This document shows positions 37,630 through 49,757 of a DNA stretch of 64,000 nt, piece by piece. The position numbers were made by a program, and so were the translations under genes. The notes under the pieces are model-generated. The model did no database searches, was not told the origin of the DNA, and worked only from the letters and a program-made list of their open reading frames with translations. Origin of the DNA: Octopus sinensis (lineage: Eukaryota); NCBI RefSeq assembly GCF_006345805.1, contig NC_042997.1, positions 186,806,001 to 186,870,000 on the forward strand. Reading direction: 5' to 3'. Positions within the stretch are counted from its first letter, which is position 1; every line of letters begins with the position of its first letter.

Positions 37630-38549
37630 TATATATATAGTAAAAAATCATGTAATTTGAGCACCTGTGTAATTTACACAGGAGATTTTCAGGATAAAAA
37701 TTGTTAAAAAAAGCTTCTACTCAGGTAAAATTCACACCTAAAAGTTTTCAGAATTTCCAATATGGCCAGGGGAAAATGGTTTTCAATTTAGTTGTATTTT
37801 CAAATTAGTTGTATACAGAGTATCAAAATTTTAATCCCTTTCACACTTATAAAATGTCAAGCAAACTTTAAAATTTGTCATTACCATTTTAGCCGGGAGA
37901 TCAAACTGATAGTTTGGTAACCTGCTAAACTAAACATTAAAAATCGAAAGGAGAAAATAAACAGCTTTGCAAGTTTAACTCAGTGTTTATTGAACAAGAG
38001 AGGTGTGAAATTTAGGAAGCAACTTGTTAGAATATGCACATCTGTGAGGAGACATAAACAAGAATAGCAAAAATCTACTATACCAAAAGAACTGGTAATA
38101 CATCATACATGATGAGTATTCTATGAAGAGAACATAAGATTGCTGCATAATTCAACAGGTATGTGAAATGACATTAAACACCGTATAAGGTAAATGAAGG
38201 TTTCTGTAGGAATGCTACGTCATATTTCCTTAGTGAGTTTACATGCGCAAGGGTGAATTATGATGTTGTCGTCGGCATTAGATGCAGTAAGAGCTGGTAG
38301 CGGTGATGCCAGTGGTAATGAATTTCATTGTCCTAATGTGGAGAAAGAGAGCATTAGCTTCCTGGGGTGTGATTACCAGCATGAACGTCAAACTTCAAAA
38401 GGTAGTTAACCATTTAATGGTTTTAGTAAATTTATACAGAAAAAGTAAGCATTACACCCTCCATCATAAATAAAAGTCAACTTCATTATATTTTTTCTGT
38501 AAAAACCTATTCTGACATTAAAGGAGTCAACTTTCAGTATGAATCTCTT

Positions 38550-38966
38550 ACTTATTCTTTACTCTTTTACTTGTTTCAGTCATTTGACTGCGGCCATGCT
38601 GGAGCACCGCCTTTAGTCGAGCAAATCGACCCCAGGACTTATTCTTTGTAAGCCCAGTACTTATTCTATTGGTCTCTTTTGCCGAACCGCTAAGTGACGG
38701 GGACGTAAACACACCAGCATCGGTTGTCAAGCAATGCTAGGGGGACAAACACAGACATACAAACACATATACACACACACTTATATATATATACATATAT
38801 ACGACAGGCTTCTTTCAGTTTCCGTCTACCAAATCTACTCACAAAGCATTGGTCGGCCCGGGGCTATAGCAGAAGTCACTTGCCCAAGATGCTACGCAGT
38901 GGGACTGAACCCGGAACCATGTGGTTGGTTAGCAAGCTACTTACCACACAGCCACTCCTGCGCCTA
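38550..38966 (-). mobile_element. SINE-A, full length, young
   Basis: Complete head, centre and tail. Confidence 0.9.
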
Positions 38967-39199
38967 TGAATGTTTACATTTGTTTGTCATTTTTCAAGAA
39001 AAAGAATTTCTTAAAAAAATTCTGGAAACGATCTACTCATATAATTTATGCATCACCTAAAGTTTATTTTTGTAAAAAAAAGGGCGTAAATTACATGGGT
39101 TTTTATGGTATATATACATGTATTTCTGCCCTCATTCTTAATCACTCTCTCTCTCTCCTTCTTTTTCTCTTCTCTCCAGCTAGGTAACCATCAATCTCT

Positions 39200-39390
39200 T
39201 TTACAGCAACACACCTGTTCCTGCCCTCTTTCTTGTTAACTCTCTCTCTCTCTTTTGCTCGCTCTCTCTCTCTCTCCCTCCCTCTCTTTCTCTCTCTCTC
39301 CCTATCTTTCTGTCTCTCTCTCTCCCTCCCTCTCTCTCTCTTTCTCTCTCTCTCCCTCTCTTTCTCTCTCTCTCTCTCTCTCTCTGGCTG
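39200..39390. repeat. (CT)n compound microsatellite
   Basis: Directly visible. Confidence 0.9.
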
Positions 39391-39574
39391 GGTAACCATG
39401 TACCTCCTCTACAGCAAAACACCTGTTTCTGCCTCTCTGTCACACTCTAACCATTCTTTATCTAACACAAGATCACCTCCTCCAATGCCCCCTCCCCTCC
39501 CAAAGATTCCTTGCCTTGAAAAGTTTCTTGGTGACCCTGCCAGTGCTGGTGACACTTAGAAAGTATCCAGTCCA

Positions 39575-39828
39575 CACTGTAAAGAGGTTGGTGTTTGGAA
39601 GGGCATCCAGTTGCAAGGACCACACCAAAACTGACCTTGCCTGTGCTAGTGCCACATAAAAAGCACTCTATGAAGGGCATCCAGCCATAAAAATCGTGCC
39701 AAAACAGATACAGAAATATGGTGCAGGCTTCTGCCTGGCCAGCTCCTGTCAAGCCAGCCAACCCATGCCAGAATGGAAGGAAGACATTAAACAATGATAA
39801 TGACTATGATGATGATGATGATGATGAT
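39575..39828 (+). mobile_element. Family C (RTE 3' end), degraded
   Basis: GAAGGGCATCCAG twice, CCAACCCATGCCAG, (GAT)n. Confidence 0.65.
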
Positions 39829-39919
39829 ATATATATATATATATATATTGGTAAAAACGGTAAGATAACAAGAGAAAGAAAGAGACCTCAATATTATGTA
39901 AATAGAGGAAATATATATA

Positions 39920-40315
39920 TCTTTATATATAAAAGTGAAGTTGTGTGTCTGTCTCCTGCGATTTAGATTCCTAACTACTCCCACATTTTTCGGTGCAGTG
40001 TAACTAAAAGCGGGTATCTTATAGTCGTGATTCATATCAAGCCCTTCTGGGTATTAGCGCGCATCTACGATGAGTCTACGATGTAAAAAAAAATTTTCCA
40101 TCATTTTTCCCCATTTTTAATGCATTTTTTTGCTATTATATAAGGGAAGTAACTCTCTAAAAATGTATTATTAAATCTCAGAACGTAAAAAGCTATAGTA
40201 ACACCCCTCCTTTGAGGTTAGCCATATTGAGATGGCTATTATACTTTACATCTCTAAAAATGCTTATATAGTTATTTCCCTTACAAACCCGAGCAATGCC
40301 CGGCGATACTGCTAG
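39920..40315 (+). mobile_element. Non-autonomous Helitron-like element
   Basis: 5' TCTTTATATATAAAAG; subterminal GC hairpin CCCGAGCAATGCCCGG; 3' CTAG; inserted between A and T. Confidence 0.7.
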
Positions 40316-40470
40316 TATATATATATATATATATATCAATGAAATATGACCCAACATCTCTTCTTCATTATATCTAAACAAGTTGACATCTAACACATTA
40401 AACTTATCTTGTTAAACCACAAACCTCTTGGACTAGACAAGATCAAGTTCGTTCTTATTTTCATTTCCTG

Positions 40471-40698
40471 TAACCCTTTAGCATTCAGATTACTCCATTA
40501 CATCTAGTGCTTATTTATTCAAATTGTTTTGAATTAACCATGCATTATCTCATAGCTTTCAGACTTCAACAATGTGATTGTTTACTTTTAAAATGACATT
40601 GCAGGGTAGTTGTGAGAGGCCTGACCTCGTTGCTATGAACACAAAACAGGTAGAATATTTGGGCTTGTTATGGCCAGTTTGAATGCTAAAGGGTCAAG
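40471..40698. mobile_element. MITE family M2
   Basis: TAACCCTTTAGCATTCAGATTAC...GAATGCTAAAGGGTCAA. Confidence 0.75.
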
Positions 40699-41081
40699 AG
40701 AAATTAGCATTTTTCATTTTCTTAAGAAGCTTATGGTTTGGGGTTCAATCCCACAGTATTTCTACTGCAGCCTTGGGCTGATCCATGACTTGTGAGAAAA
40801 TTTGGTAGATAGAAATTGTGTGGAAGCAAAGGCACAAGCATCGCTGGGTATGTTTAACTCTTTAGCATTTAAGTCAGTCATATCTGGCCTAAATGTTCTA
40901 TCTGTTTTATATTCAAACCAGCCTGGTCAGGACTCTCACACCTGTCATACAATGTCATTATAAACATGAACAATCACATCATCAAAATCTCATGGCTAAA
41001 AGTTAAGCCTTTCTATGATAGGCACAAGGCCTGAAATTTGTGGGAGGGGGACTAGCCGATTATATTGACCACAGTGCTCAA

Positions 41082-41378
41082 TGGCCCAGTGGTTAGGGCA
41101 TCGGACACGCGGTCGGTGGATCACGGTTTCGATTCCCAGACCGGGCGTTGTGTGTGTTTATTGAGTGAAAACACCTAAAGCTCCACGAGGCTCCAGCAGG
41201 GGGTCGCAGCAATCCTGTTGTACTCTTTCACCCCAAATTTCTCACAATCTTTCTTCCTGTTTCTTGAGTTATGCTGCGATGGACTGGCTGGGGGGAACAC
41301 ATATGCCACAGAAACCGAGAAACTGGGCCCATGAGCCTGGCTAGGCTTGAAAAGGGTGCATAAATAAAAAATAAATAA
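41082..41378 (+). mobile_element. tRNA-derived SINE-D inserted in a SINE-B, 11-bp TSD
   Basis: TGGCCCAGTGGTTAGGG A-box and GGTTTCGATTCCC B-box; ACAGTGCTCAA at 41071-41081 and 41379-41389. Confidence 0.88.
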
Positions 41379-41992
41379 ACAGTGCTCAACTGGTACTTAT
41401 TTCATTGACCCCCTCCAAAAGGGCAAAAGGCAAAGTTGACCTCGACGGAATTTAATTCAAAACAATGTAACTAAATAGGTATCACATTTAACAGAGTAAT
41501 CTGAATTCAAAAGGGTTAAACAAGTGTTTTCAGTTATAGCCTATACTGTGTTGAGTTCAGAAGCCCATTATGTGTATGTGGTGTGTGAGTGTATGTGTGT
41601 GTGTATGTGTGTGTATGTGCGTATAAAAGAGAGGGAAAAGTGTTAGATGCCTTGTGGTATTTTCTGCAGTTCTTTGGTTTTGGAGTCCCTATGCAGCAGC
41701 TTTAATCCATTGCCTGGTTTAACACCACCACTTAGTCCTAGGCAGATTTAAGAAGATCCTGCTCGGCTGCAAGTGTTCAAGGTCAGGTTTCTGACTTGAG
41801 GATAGTTTCCTCCCTACCTTCCCTCTATCATCATCATCATTTAACATCCGCCTTCCATGCTGGCTCTATCTTGAAGTAAATGTAAGAGTGCCATGGGTAC
41901 CTCTCTCCACTCCTTACATAAGTGGTAAAAGAATGTATAGTAGTAGTAGTAGTAGTAGCAGCAGCAGCAGCAACAGAAGTATTAATAGTTAT

Positions 41993-42310
41993 TTTTTATT
42001 ATTTATGTGCCCTTTTCAAGCCTAGCCTGGCTCATGGGCCCAGTTTCCCAGTTTCTATGGCGTATGTGTTCCCCTCTGCTGGACGGGATGCCAGTCCATC
42101 ACAGCGTTACTCAAGAAACGGGAAGAAAGAGTGAGAGAAAATTGGGGCGACAGAGTACAGCAGGGGTCACCACCACCCCCTGCCAGAGCCTCATGGAGCT
42201 TTTAGGTGTTTTCACTTAATAAACACACACAACGCCCAGTCTGGGAATCGAAACCGCGATCCTCCAACCGCAAGTCTACTGCCCTAACGACTGGGCCATT
42301 GCGCCTCCAC
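41993..42310 (-). mobile_element. SINE-D, full length, 12-bp TSD
   Basis: Reverse complement of the 41082 copy; ATTAATAGTTAT at 41981-41992 and 42311-42322. Confidence 0.88.
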
Positions 42311-43092
42311 ATTAATAGTTATAGTCATTTCAAATTTGAGCTGTGTTTTGTTAGTTCTTCAGCTCTAAGAAATCTCTGAACTAGTGAACCTATGAACAAA
42401 AGCCTTCCAGCTGTGACCATCACATATATATATAAAGCAATCCTTCCTAAAATGATATTATGCAAAGTGCTTGTCCTTTATCAAGACAGCAGGATGTCGT
42501 TTGAGGGAAATTTAGCTGCTATTTTCATCAAGTTAGAAGCTCTTTTGTTGGCAGTATTTAATTTTGCTGACAACAATGCTTAATGCGTAACTATTTTAGT
42601 TCAGATAATGTGTCAGCTTCAAAGAAAGTCAGCTATCATTAGGCTAAAACTTCTTGAAGATAGTATCATTAATAGCCAGAGCTAATGGATTTCATTCCTT
42701 ATGATAATAAAATTAAATGAATTTAAATTTTATTTCACGAAACCTCATCCTATACATCTGATATCAGCTATGTCATAGAGGGCAGCCTTCAAATTGTGAC
42801 CTATTGTTTGTATATTAAAAGCTAGGTTGTTAAGACGCAAAGTAATGGTTTCTGTTTCCAGCCAGAACCTTAATTGGTTTGATTGAGTGATGATAACTTG
42901 ATAAATAATTGCAACAGCAGAAATTGTCTCTTGAAAGTTGAACAATAGAGATGTTTGTGAAGAATTTTGCATCAACTCTACTGGCTTTCAGCAGTGTCAT
43001 ACCACAGTTGAACCAACAAAAGAACTGCTATCTGCTAGGAATAGCAGCCAAGAGTCTCTCAAACCATTAGCCCATTAGCATTCAGATTACTC

Positions 43093-43094
<2 letters not shown>

Positions 43095-43124
<30 letters not shown>

Positions 43125-43550
43125 GTTTAGCGTCCGCTTTCCATGCTAGCATGGGTTGGACGGCTCAACTGGGGTCTGGGAAGCCAGAAGGCTGCACCAG
43201 GCCCAGTCTGATCTGGCAATGTTTCTACGGCTGGATGCCCTTCCTAACGCCAACCACTCCATGAGTGTAGTGGGTGCTTTTTACATGCCACCGGCACAGG
43301 TGCCAGACGAGGCTGGCAAACGGCCACGATCAGATGGTTCTTTTTACATGCCACCGGCACAGGTGCCAGACGAGGCTGGCAAACGGCCACGATCAGATGG
43401 TTCTTTTTACATGCCACCGGCACAGAGACCAGTCGAGGCTGGCAACAGCCACGATCAGATGGTGCTTTTTATGTGCCACTGCCATGGATGCCCGTCGGGT
43501 CGGTGCTGGCAACGGCCACGTTCGGATGGTGCTTTTTACGTGCCACTGGC
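43095..43550 (-). mobile_element. Family C (RTE 3' end) with 63-bp internal tandem units
   Basis: ACATGCCACCGGCAC at 43283, 43346 and 43409. Confidence 0.85.
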
Positions 43551-43627
43551 AAATGTAAAGCTTATTTATTCATATTGTTTTGAATTCATCAAACATTATC
43601 TCATAGCTATGAAACTTGGATGATGTG

Positions 43628-43816
43628 CAGTTCTATATTTAAGAGATGAGGAATTATGTACATTATTTATATTATTTACATTTGACGGATATTCGACGGA
43701 AATTTCCCCAAGACACCTGAAGAAGGCTGGAGGGTATATCAGCCGAAACGTGTTAACAACAAACAAGATGAGGACAAATATCTGTCGAATGTAAATAATA
43801 TAAATAATGTAAATAA
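43628..43816 (+). mobile_element. ~190-bp Penelope-type mini-element with inverted terminus, 12-bp TSD and degenerate hammerhead
   Basis: TTGGATGATGTG at 43616-43627 and 43817-43828; 41-bp inverted arms at 43653-43693 and 43777-43817; ACAC-CTGAAGA-A-GGCTG-loop-CAGCC-GAAACGTGTT at 43713-43754. Confidence 0.7.
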
Positions 43817-44254
43817 TTGGATGATGTGGTTGTTTATTTTTACAATGACATTGTCAGGTAGGTGTGAGATGTTGGATCTAGTCAGTTTGAACATAAAAGA
43901 AGCAATGTAAGTGCTAAAGGGTTAAAGAAATGAGTGATACAATGGATAATGTAGCCTCTGATACAGTGAATAACAGAAAGGTCAGTTTGTTGTACCTGGA
44001 ATAATTTTAATTATAAATTTGCTCGGTCATTGCTGATATGAGGTTGCATAACATGATAATCACTGATTGGGATCCCAGACTAATGAAGCAATATTTGCAT
44101 GGGTTAATTAACCTGTTAAAAATATTAATCAAATATATCTCAGATCACATCAAGCAAGCGTGAACAGATTGAGTAAGGTGGTATTAACTGCAGAGTAACC
44201 AAAGGAAAAATGAAACTGGGTATTGTTTACAGCAGGAACATATTTGATTAGCAT

Positions 44255-44640
44255 GCTTATGAACCACATGGTTCCAGGTTCAGTCCCACTACATGGCACC
44301 TTGGGCAAGTGTCTACTACTATAGCCTCATGCCGACCAAAGCCTTGTGAGTGGATTTGGTAGATGGAAACTGAAAGAAGCCCTTCTTATATATGTATACA
44401 TATATGTATGTATGTGTGTGTGTATATGTTTGTGTGTCTGTATTTATTCCCCCAACATCGCTTGACAACCGATGCTGGTGTGTTTATGTCCCCGTAACTT
44501 AGTGGTTTGGCAAAAGAGACTGATAGAATAAGTACTAGGCTTACAAAGAATAAGTCCTGAGGTCGATTTGCTTGACTAAAGGCGGTGCTCCAGCATGGCC
44601 ACAGTCAAATGACTGAAACAAGCAAAAGAGTTAAAAGAGT
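44255..44640 (+). mobile_element. SINE-A (5'-truncated)
   Basis: Body and tail motifs. Confidence 0.85.
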
Positions 44641-45185
44641 ATACCTTAATTTTTCTTTCAGATTCTTGGTTCCATTTTGTAATGTAATAAGGTATAAATT
44701 GGAGGGGATTTGATGATGATGATGATGATGACGATGGTAGTGGCAGTGGTGGTGGCGGTGGTGGTGGTGGTGGTGGTGATATGACTTCAATGAGTCTGAA
44801 TTTCTAATGAGTACTGATTGTTGAAGCAGCAGCAATGTAGCCCAGTCGTTAGAGCATCAGACAGAATCCCCCTGAGATATGTGTTCTGACTATCTGCGCT
44901 CTGGGTCCAAATTTTGCTGAGGTTAATCTTGCCTTTAGTCCTTTCAAGGATGATAAATAAAGAACCTATTCAGGGTGTTGGATTTGTGGAATTTTTTAGA
45001 ACATCTGATGGGCTGCCTTGCAGTAACTGGTGTTAGCTACAGAATGATTAAAAAATAAAGTGAGAGAAGGTATTGTCTGCAACAGGAGCATCTTTGATCA
45101 TTGGTCTGTTCAACCAATTAAATATTTAAAACCCATGGTAACTTATTTGGCCTTTACTTGACTTGTAAATCTCCAAAAATATGAT

Positions 45186-45600
45186 AGGCGCAGGAGTGGC
45201 TGTGTGGTAAGTAGCTTGTTTACCAACCACATGGTTCCGGGTTCAGTTCCACTGTGTGGCATCTTGGGCAAGTGCTGTGTGGCATCTTGGGCCGAACAAT
45301 GCTTTGTGAGTGGATTTGGTAGACGGAAACTGAAAGAAGTCTGTCGTATATATGTATATATATATATGTATATGTATGTGTGTGTATATGTTTGTGTGTC
45401 TGTATTTGTCCCCCTAGCATTGCTTGACAACCGATGCTGGTGTGTTTACGTCCCCGTCACTTAGCGGTTCGTCAAAAGAGACCGATAGAATAAGTACTGG
45501 GCTTACAAAGAATAAGTCCCGGGGTCGATTTGCTCGACTAAAGGCGGTGCTCCAGCATGGCCACAGTCAAATGACTGAAACAAGTAAAAGAGTAAAAGAG
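45186..45600 (+). mobile_element. SINE-A, full length
   Basis: GGCGCAGGAGTGG head; short internal duplication TGTGGCATCTTGGGC. Confidence 0.9.
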
Positions 45601-45609
45601 TGGTCCATT

Positions 45610-45835
45610 GGTGTCTGATTACGACAAAGTCTGTGTTCTCAGTGATGAGAGCACATGTGACTCCATAGTCAAAAGCTGGAAGCACACAGACACCCACAGA
45701 TGTCACAGTGACTGTCTGTTGACTGGACCCTCTGACATCTTTCTCTTACAGAAGCCAGTGCTCCTCGAAGGCAACTGCTGCTTGTGAAGTGAGAGACCTC
45801 CACGCTGTTCTGTCTGCAGCAGAGGCTTTTGAATT
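45610..45835 (-). pseudogene. RTE-type LINE C-terminal remnant
   Basis: AADRTAWRSL, then CDICGCLCASSF*LWSHMCSH (cf. DRxxWR...CxxCGxxCxSxxGLxSHxRxH). Confidence 0.6.
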
Positions 45836-45843
45836 CGTGTGGT

Positions 45844-46073
45844 TTAACCCTTTTGTTACCGTATTTATTTTGAGATGCTCTGTGTTTCATTCAATTAATT
45901 TTAATTATAACAAGGAATTTAGCAAAATAACTTAGTTATCATTCAGCTAGTGTTGGGAACACAAATTGTGACTAAGGTTTGGTGGAAGATTTTAATTCAA
46001 TACTTATGAAAGTAAGACATTTGTACTACGGAGCCAGAGGCGGTTTTGGCCAGGTTGGTATCAAAAGCGTTAA
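45844..46073. mobile_element. MITE M1
   Basis: Reverse complement of 2923-3150. Confidence 0.8.
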
Positions 46074-46351
46074 TGCTGCTCCATTTGAAGTCATTTTTCA
46101 GAGTTTCATTGTACTTCAGTCTAGGTTTTCTTTGTTTGTGTAATCCCTATGTGAGCCCTGCATGAGCCCTGCATGATCTCACCATACAACAGCAGTCTGG
46201 GTACACAGTTGTCAATCATTCTGATGACCTGGCCAGTCCAATGTAACTGAGCTTTCAGCAACATTGACTAAATGCTTGTTTATTTCTATTTTATTGATTA
46301 TTGCAGTCCATAGGGTGTTTTACATTATATATGTATCATATATGTATAATA

Positions 46352-46585
46352 TGAAGGCTGTTGAAAAGTTTCTGGCTTTGGGTAACATAAAATACAGGAG
46401 GATCACTTAATTATAATTTTATTCAACATATTCCTCTCTCAGATTCACACACTTATTTCAGCAGTCCTTCAGTTCTAAGCTCTGTAAGAGAACTTGGAAG
46501 TGAATGCATATGGCTTAGTGGTTAGGGTATTTCGCTCATGATTGTAAGATCATGAGTTCAATTCCTGGCGAAGCGTTGTGTCCTT
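46352..46585 (+). mobile_element. Composite of a mariner-like end and a tRNA-SINE head
   Basis: Same junction as 7320-7795. Confidence 0.6.
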
Positions 46586-46589
46586 ACAC

Positions 46590-46815
46590 TTTGACTCTTT
46601 TACTTGTTTCAGTCATTTGACTGTGGCCATGCTGGAGCACCGCCTTTAGTCGAGCAAATCAACCCCAGGACTTACTCTTTGTAAGCCTAGTACTTATTCT
46701 ATCAGTCTCTTTTGCTGAACCGCTAAGTTACAGGGATGTAAACACACCAGCATCGGTTTTCAAGCGATGTAGGGGGACAAAGACACACAACCGTATACAC
46801 ACACACATACATATA

Positions 46816-46876
<61 letters not shown>

Positions 46877-47419
46877 TTAAGTAATTGACATTCAAGTGAA
46901 TTCTAATGAATTCACATGAATATGGTCCTTAACTAGGATGCACCGGAAATCTATATGGTGTTAACCATACGACAAGTGGGGTGATTCTTGTAAATTTCAA
47001 TAACAATCTGTTCCTCTACACGATATGACAGTCACTTTGCTTTTTACTCAGACTTTCCTCTACACGATATGACAGTCACTTTGCTTCTTACTCGGATTTT
47101 CAGAAATTTTGCATGACTGTATCCGAAAATTTCTTCACACAACTTGATTAGCAATTCAATATGAGCTATATGTAGACATGCACAAATTCTGTAAGTTTAA
47201 AACCTTTCATCGGATCTCCATGAATCGAACTTTCTTCAATGCAGTTAATCTTACACTCTCTTTTGTATCTACCCCTTTTGATGTTTGGGAATTCTCTGAT
47301 GTTTTTTCGGCTGACGAGTACGAGCCATCTGTATTCACTGCATTTTTTGTAGCTTATTAAAGATGTCCTCGTACGAAATGATTGTACCGAGATTTTAATC
47401 CATTCTTGTTGCTTTTTTC

Positions 47420-47460
<41 letters not shown>

Positions 47461-47622
47461 ACGGGCTTCTTTCAGTTTCCGTCTACCAAATCCACTCACA
47501 AGGCTTTGGTTGGCCCAAGGCTTTAGCAGAAGACGCTTGTCCAAGGTGCCATGCAGTGGGACTGAACCCAGAACCATGTGATTCATAAGCAACCTGCTTA
47601 CCACACAGCCACTCCTGTGCCT
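46590..47622 (-). mobile_element. SINE-A split at its central (TA)n by a ~550-bp insert containing a mariner-like end
   Basis: 3' half 46590-46800, (TA)n, insert 46872-47425 (TACGAGGACATCTTTAATAAG on the minus strand at 47353-47373), (TA)n, 5' half 47460-47622. Confidence 0.7.
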
Positions 47623-48353
47623 TGTGACTAGCAGTGTATTACAGCATCTGATGGTCTGGTTGATACTGTGATACACACACACACACACAATTGGCTTCTT
47701 TCAGTTTCCATCTACCCAATCCACTCACAAGGTTTTGGTCAATTGAGGTCTATATTAAAAGACATTTGCCCAAAATACCACACTGTGGGACTGAACTCAA
47801 ACCCATGTGGTTGGGAAGCAAACTTCTTTACCTCTCAGCCATGCCTGCACCAATACTCATTGCTTAAACTGAAGAATTATCATTATTTTTTTCTCTGTAG
47901 TAGTAGATAAGCAGTGAATTTGGAAGATATTGGATGTTTAATGTTGGTTAATAGATAACTGAGTTGAAATTTTTTTCCCCCTAAGCAAAACATTTTTAAA
48001 ACTTTTTTTCGTATGCAGTTCTTAATTTCTTGAAATAATTTACCATTTTCTTTGAAAGTTGTTAACAATTGCCATGAAGTTTTTCTTGCTTTCTCCAGCT
48101 AAGACACAAATTTCATTTGAATGAAATTTTTTTTTTTTTTTTGCCTGTCATTCAGTACCTCACCATCAACATGCGTTTCAATAAGCTAAGTAGTTTTATA
48201 GTAAAGGCAATCGATATTATTGGAAGAAAGTCTAGGAGACTGGGTGGTATGATCACATCAGTAAAATAGATGATGTAAGATGTCTAGTTATTTTTGCTTA
48301 TTCAGTAATGTCTTTCAAATGATTCTCGGTTAACAGTCGAGTTACTCTTTACC

Positions 48354-48897
48354 TCAGTGGTTCTTATCCTGGGTCCATATGGCCCCTGAGGTTCTATATA
48401 AGATTTTTGGGGGTCTATGCAAAAGAACAGTAAATTGGAGGCCAACAATTGTATTTTAAGGGTTCCTGAAGAAATTTCACTTTAGATGTATCATCATCAT
48501 CATCGTTTAACGTCCGCTTTCCATGCTAGCATGGGTTGGATGGTCCAACTGGGGTCTGGGGAGCCAGTAGGCTGTACCAGGCCCAGTCTGATCTGGCAGT
48601 GTTTCTACAGCTAGATGCCCTTCCTAACGCCAACCACTCCGTGAGTGTAGTGGGTGCCATTTACGTGCCACCTGCACAGGTGCCAGACGAGGCTAGCAAA
48701 CGGCCATGATCGGATGGTGCTCTTCTCTAACATTTTACATAGTTCAACCTAGACAAGTTAATGTATGGAAAACAAAATTGGGATTTTGTAAGAAGTTTCT
48801 ATAATACTAGTTTTAAACAATGAATGGCTATGGGGTCCACCAGAATGAAATTGTAATCAAAGGGGTCCATAGATGAAAAATGGTTGAGCATTCCTGG
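48354..48897. mobile_element. hAT-like MITE with a family-C insert (48490-48722)
   Basis: CAGTGGTTCTTA...GGTTGAGCATTCCTG ends; (CAT)n-TTTCCATGCTAGC body inside. Confidence 0.55.
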
Positions 48898-49234
48898 TTG
48901 AGTTACTCTCTACATAATTTCTATATTTTCTCTCACTGTTATGAATATACTTCTGTTTCTGATATCCATGAGGCCTCTAGACAAATCAATGCACTAGGCC
49001 CTATAAAATTAATTAATTGGTACAGAATAAATAGATCAGAATTGGGTCCCTAGAACTGTGAGGCCCTGGGCAAATCAATCCACTAGACTCTACAGTTTAT
49101 TTCTTGACAGAAATCCACAGAACATGTAAATCAGAATTGGGCCCCAAAATCTGTGAGGCACCCTGGCAACTGCCCTGCATGCCCACACCTTAAGACAACA
49201 CTATTCTTGCTCTGTAAAGAGGTACTTGATGAAA

Positions 49235-49757
49235 TATTCTTCTTCTTCTTAATCCTTTTTGCCCCTTATGGAGCATAGGGCCTCAGCAGTTGTTTTCTAC
49301 TTTTTGTGGTCATTAGTGTGTTTCTTGGCTGCCTCCCATGTCAGGTCATGAGCTCATCCAAAATGCTCCGCTTCTATGTCTGCTTTGGGCGTCCTTACTT
49401 CCTTTTCCCCTGTGGGTTCCAGTCAAGTGCTTGTTGTGTCACATTTGAGGGTTCTTTCCACAGTGTGTGTCAGATCCATCTCCATTTCCTTCGTCTAATC
49501 TGAACATGTATGGGCTCCTGGCTGGCCCTTTCCCACAGGTCGGTGTTTGGCACTCTGTCAAACCACTCCAAATGGAGGATCTTCCAGAGACATTTGTTGA
49601 TGAAGGTCTGATCTTCTTGTAGTTGTTACAAGTGCCTCTCCATGTTTCAGAGCCATACAAAAGCACAGATTTTACGTTTGAACTAAATAAGCGGAGTTTA
49701 GGTCGAGTTGAGATGGCAGTGGACTTTCATACTGGCCGAAGAATTGCCATCTCTTCA
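49235..49757 (-). pseudogene. RTE-clade LINE 3' fragment
   Basis: KRSVLLYGSETWR (RTE motif), then frameshifted segments resembling LWERASQEP..IRRRKWRWI.HTL...WNPQGKRK.GRPK; (AAG)n tail. Confidence 0.85.

Larger units (their letters stand above)
43070..43925. mobile_element. MITE M2 disrupted by a family-C insert and a hammerhead mini-element
   Basis: M2 pieces at 43070-43095, 43552-43627 and 43817-43925 are collinear with the intact copy at 40471. Confidence 0.65.

Noticed and set aside
37194-37664. 156-aa ORF in the inverted-repeat arm
   Set aside because: It starts in (TA)n, and the homologous left arm does not keep the same frame open.
41082-41160. tRNA gene call for SINE heads
   Set aside because: A/B boxes are present but there is no complete cloverleaf, and the heads continue into SINE bodies with TSDs.
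42745-42975. 76-aa minus-strand ORF in unique sequence
   Set aside because: No recognisable domain or convincing splice sites.
43156-43623. 155-aa ORF with 21-aa repeats
   Set aside because: Translation of the 63-bp unit in the family-C/RTE 3' UTR; similar ORFs appear in other copies.
47023-47100. ~44-bp direct duplication
   Set aside because: Ordinary local slippage within a decayed transposon fragment.
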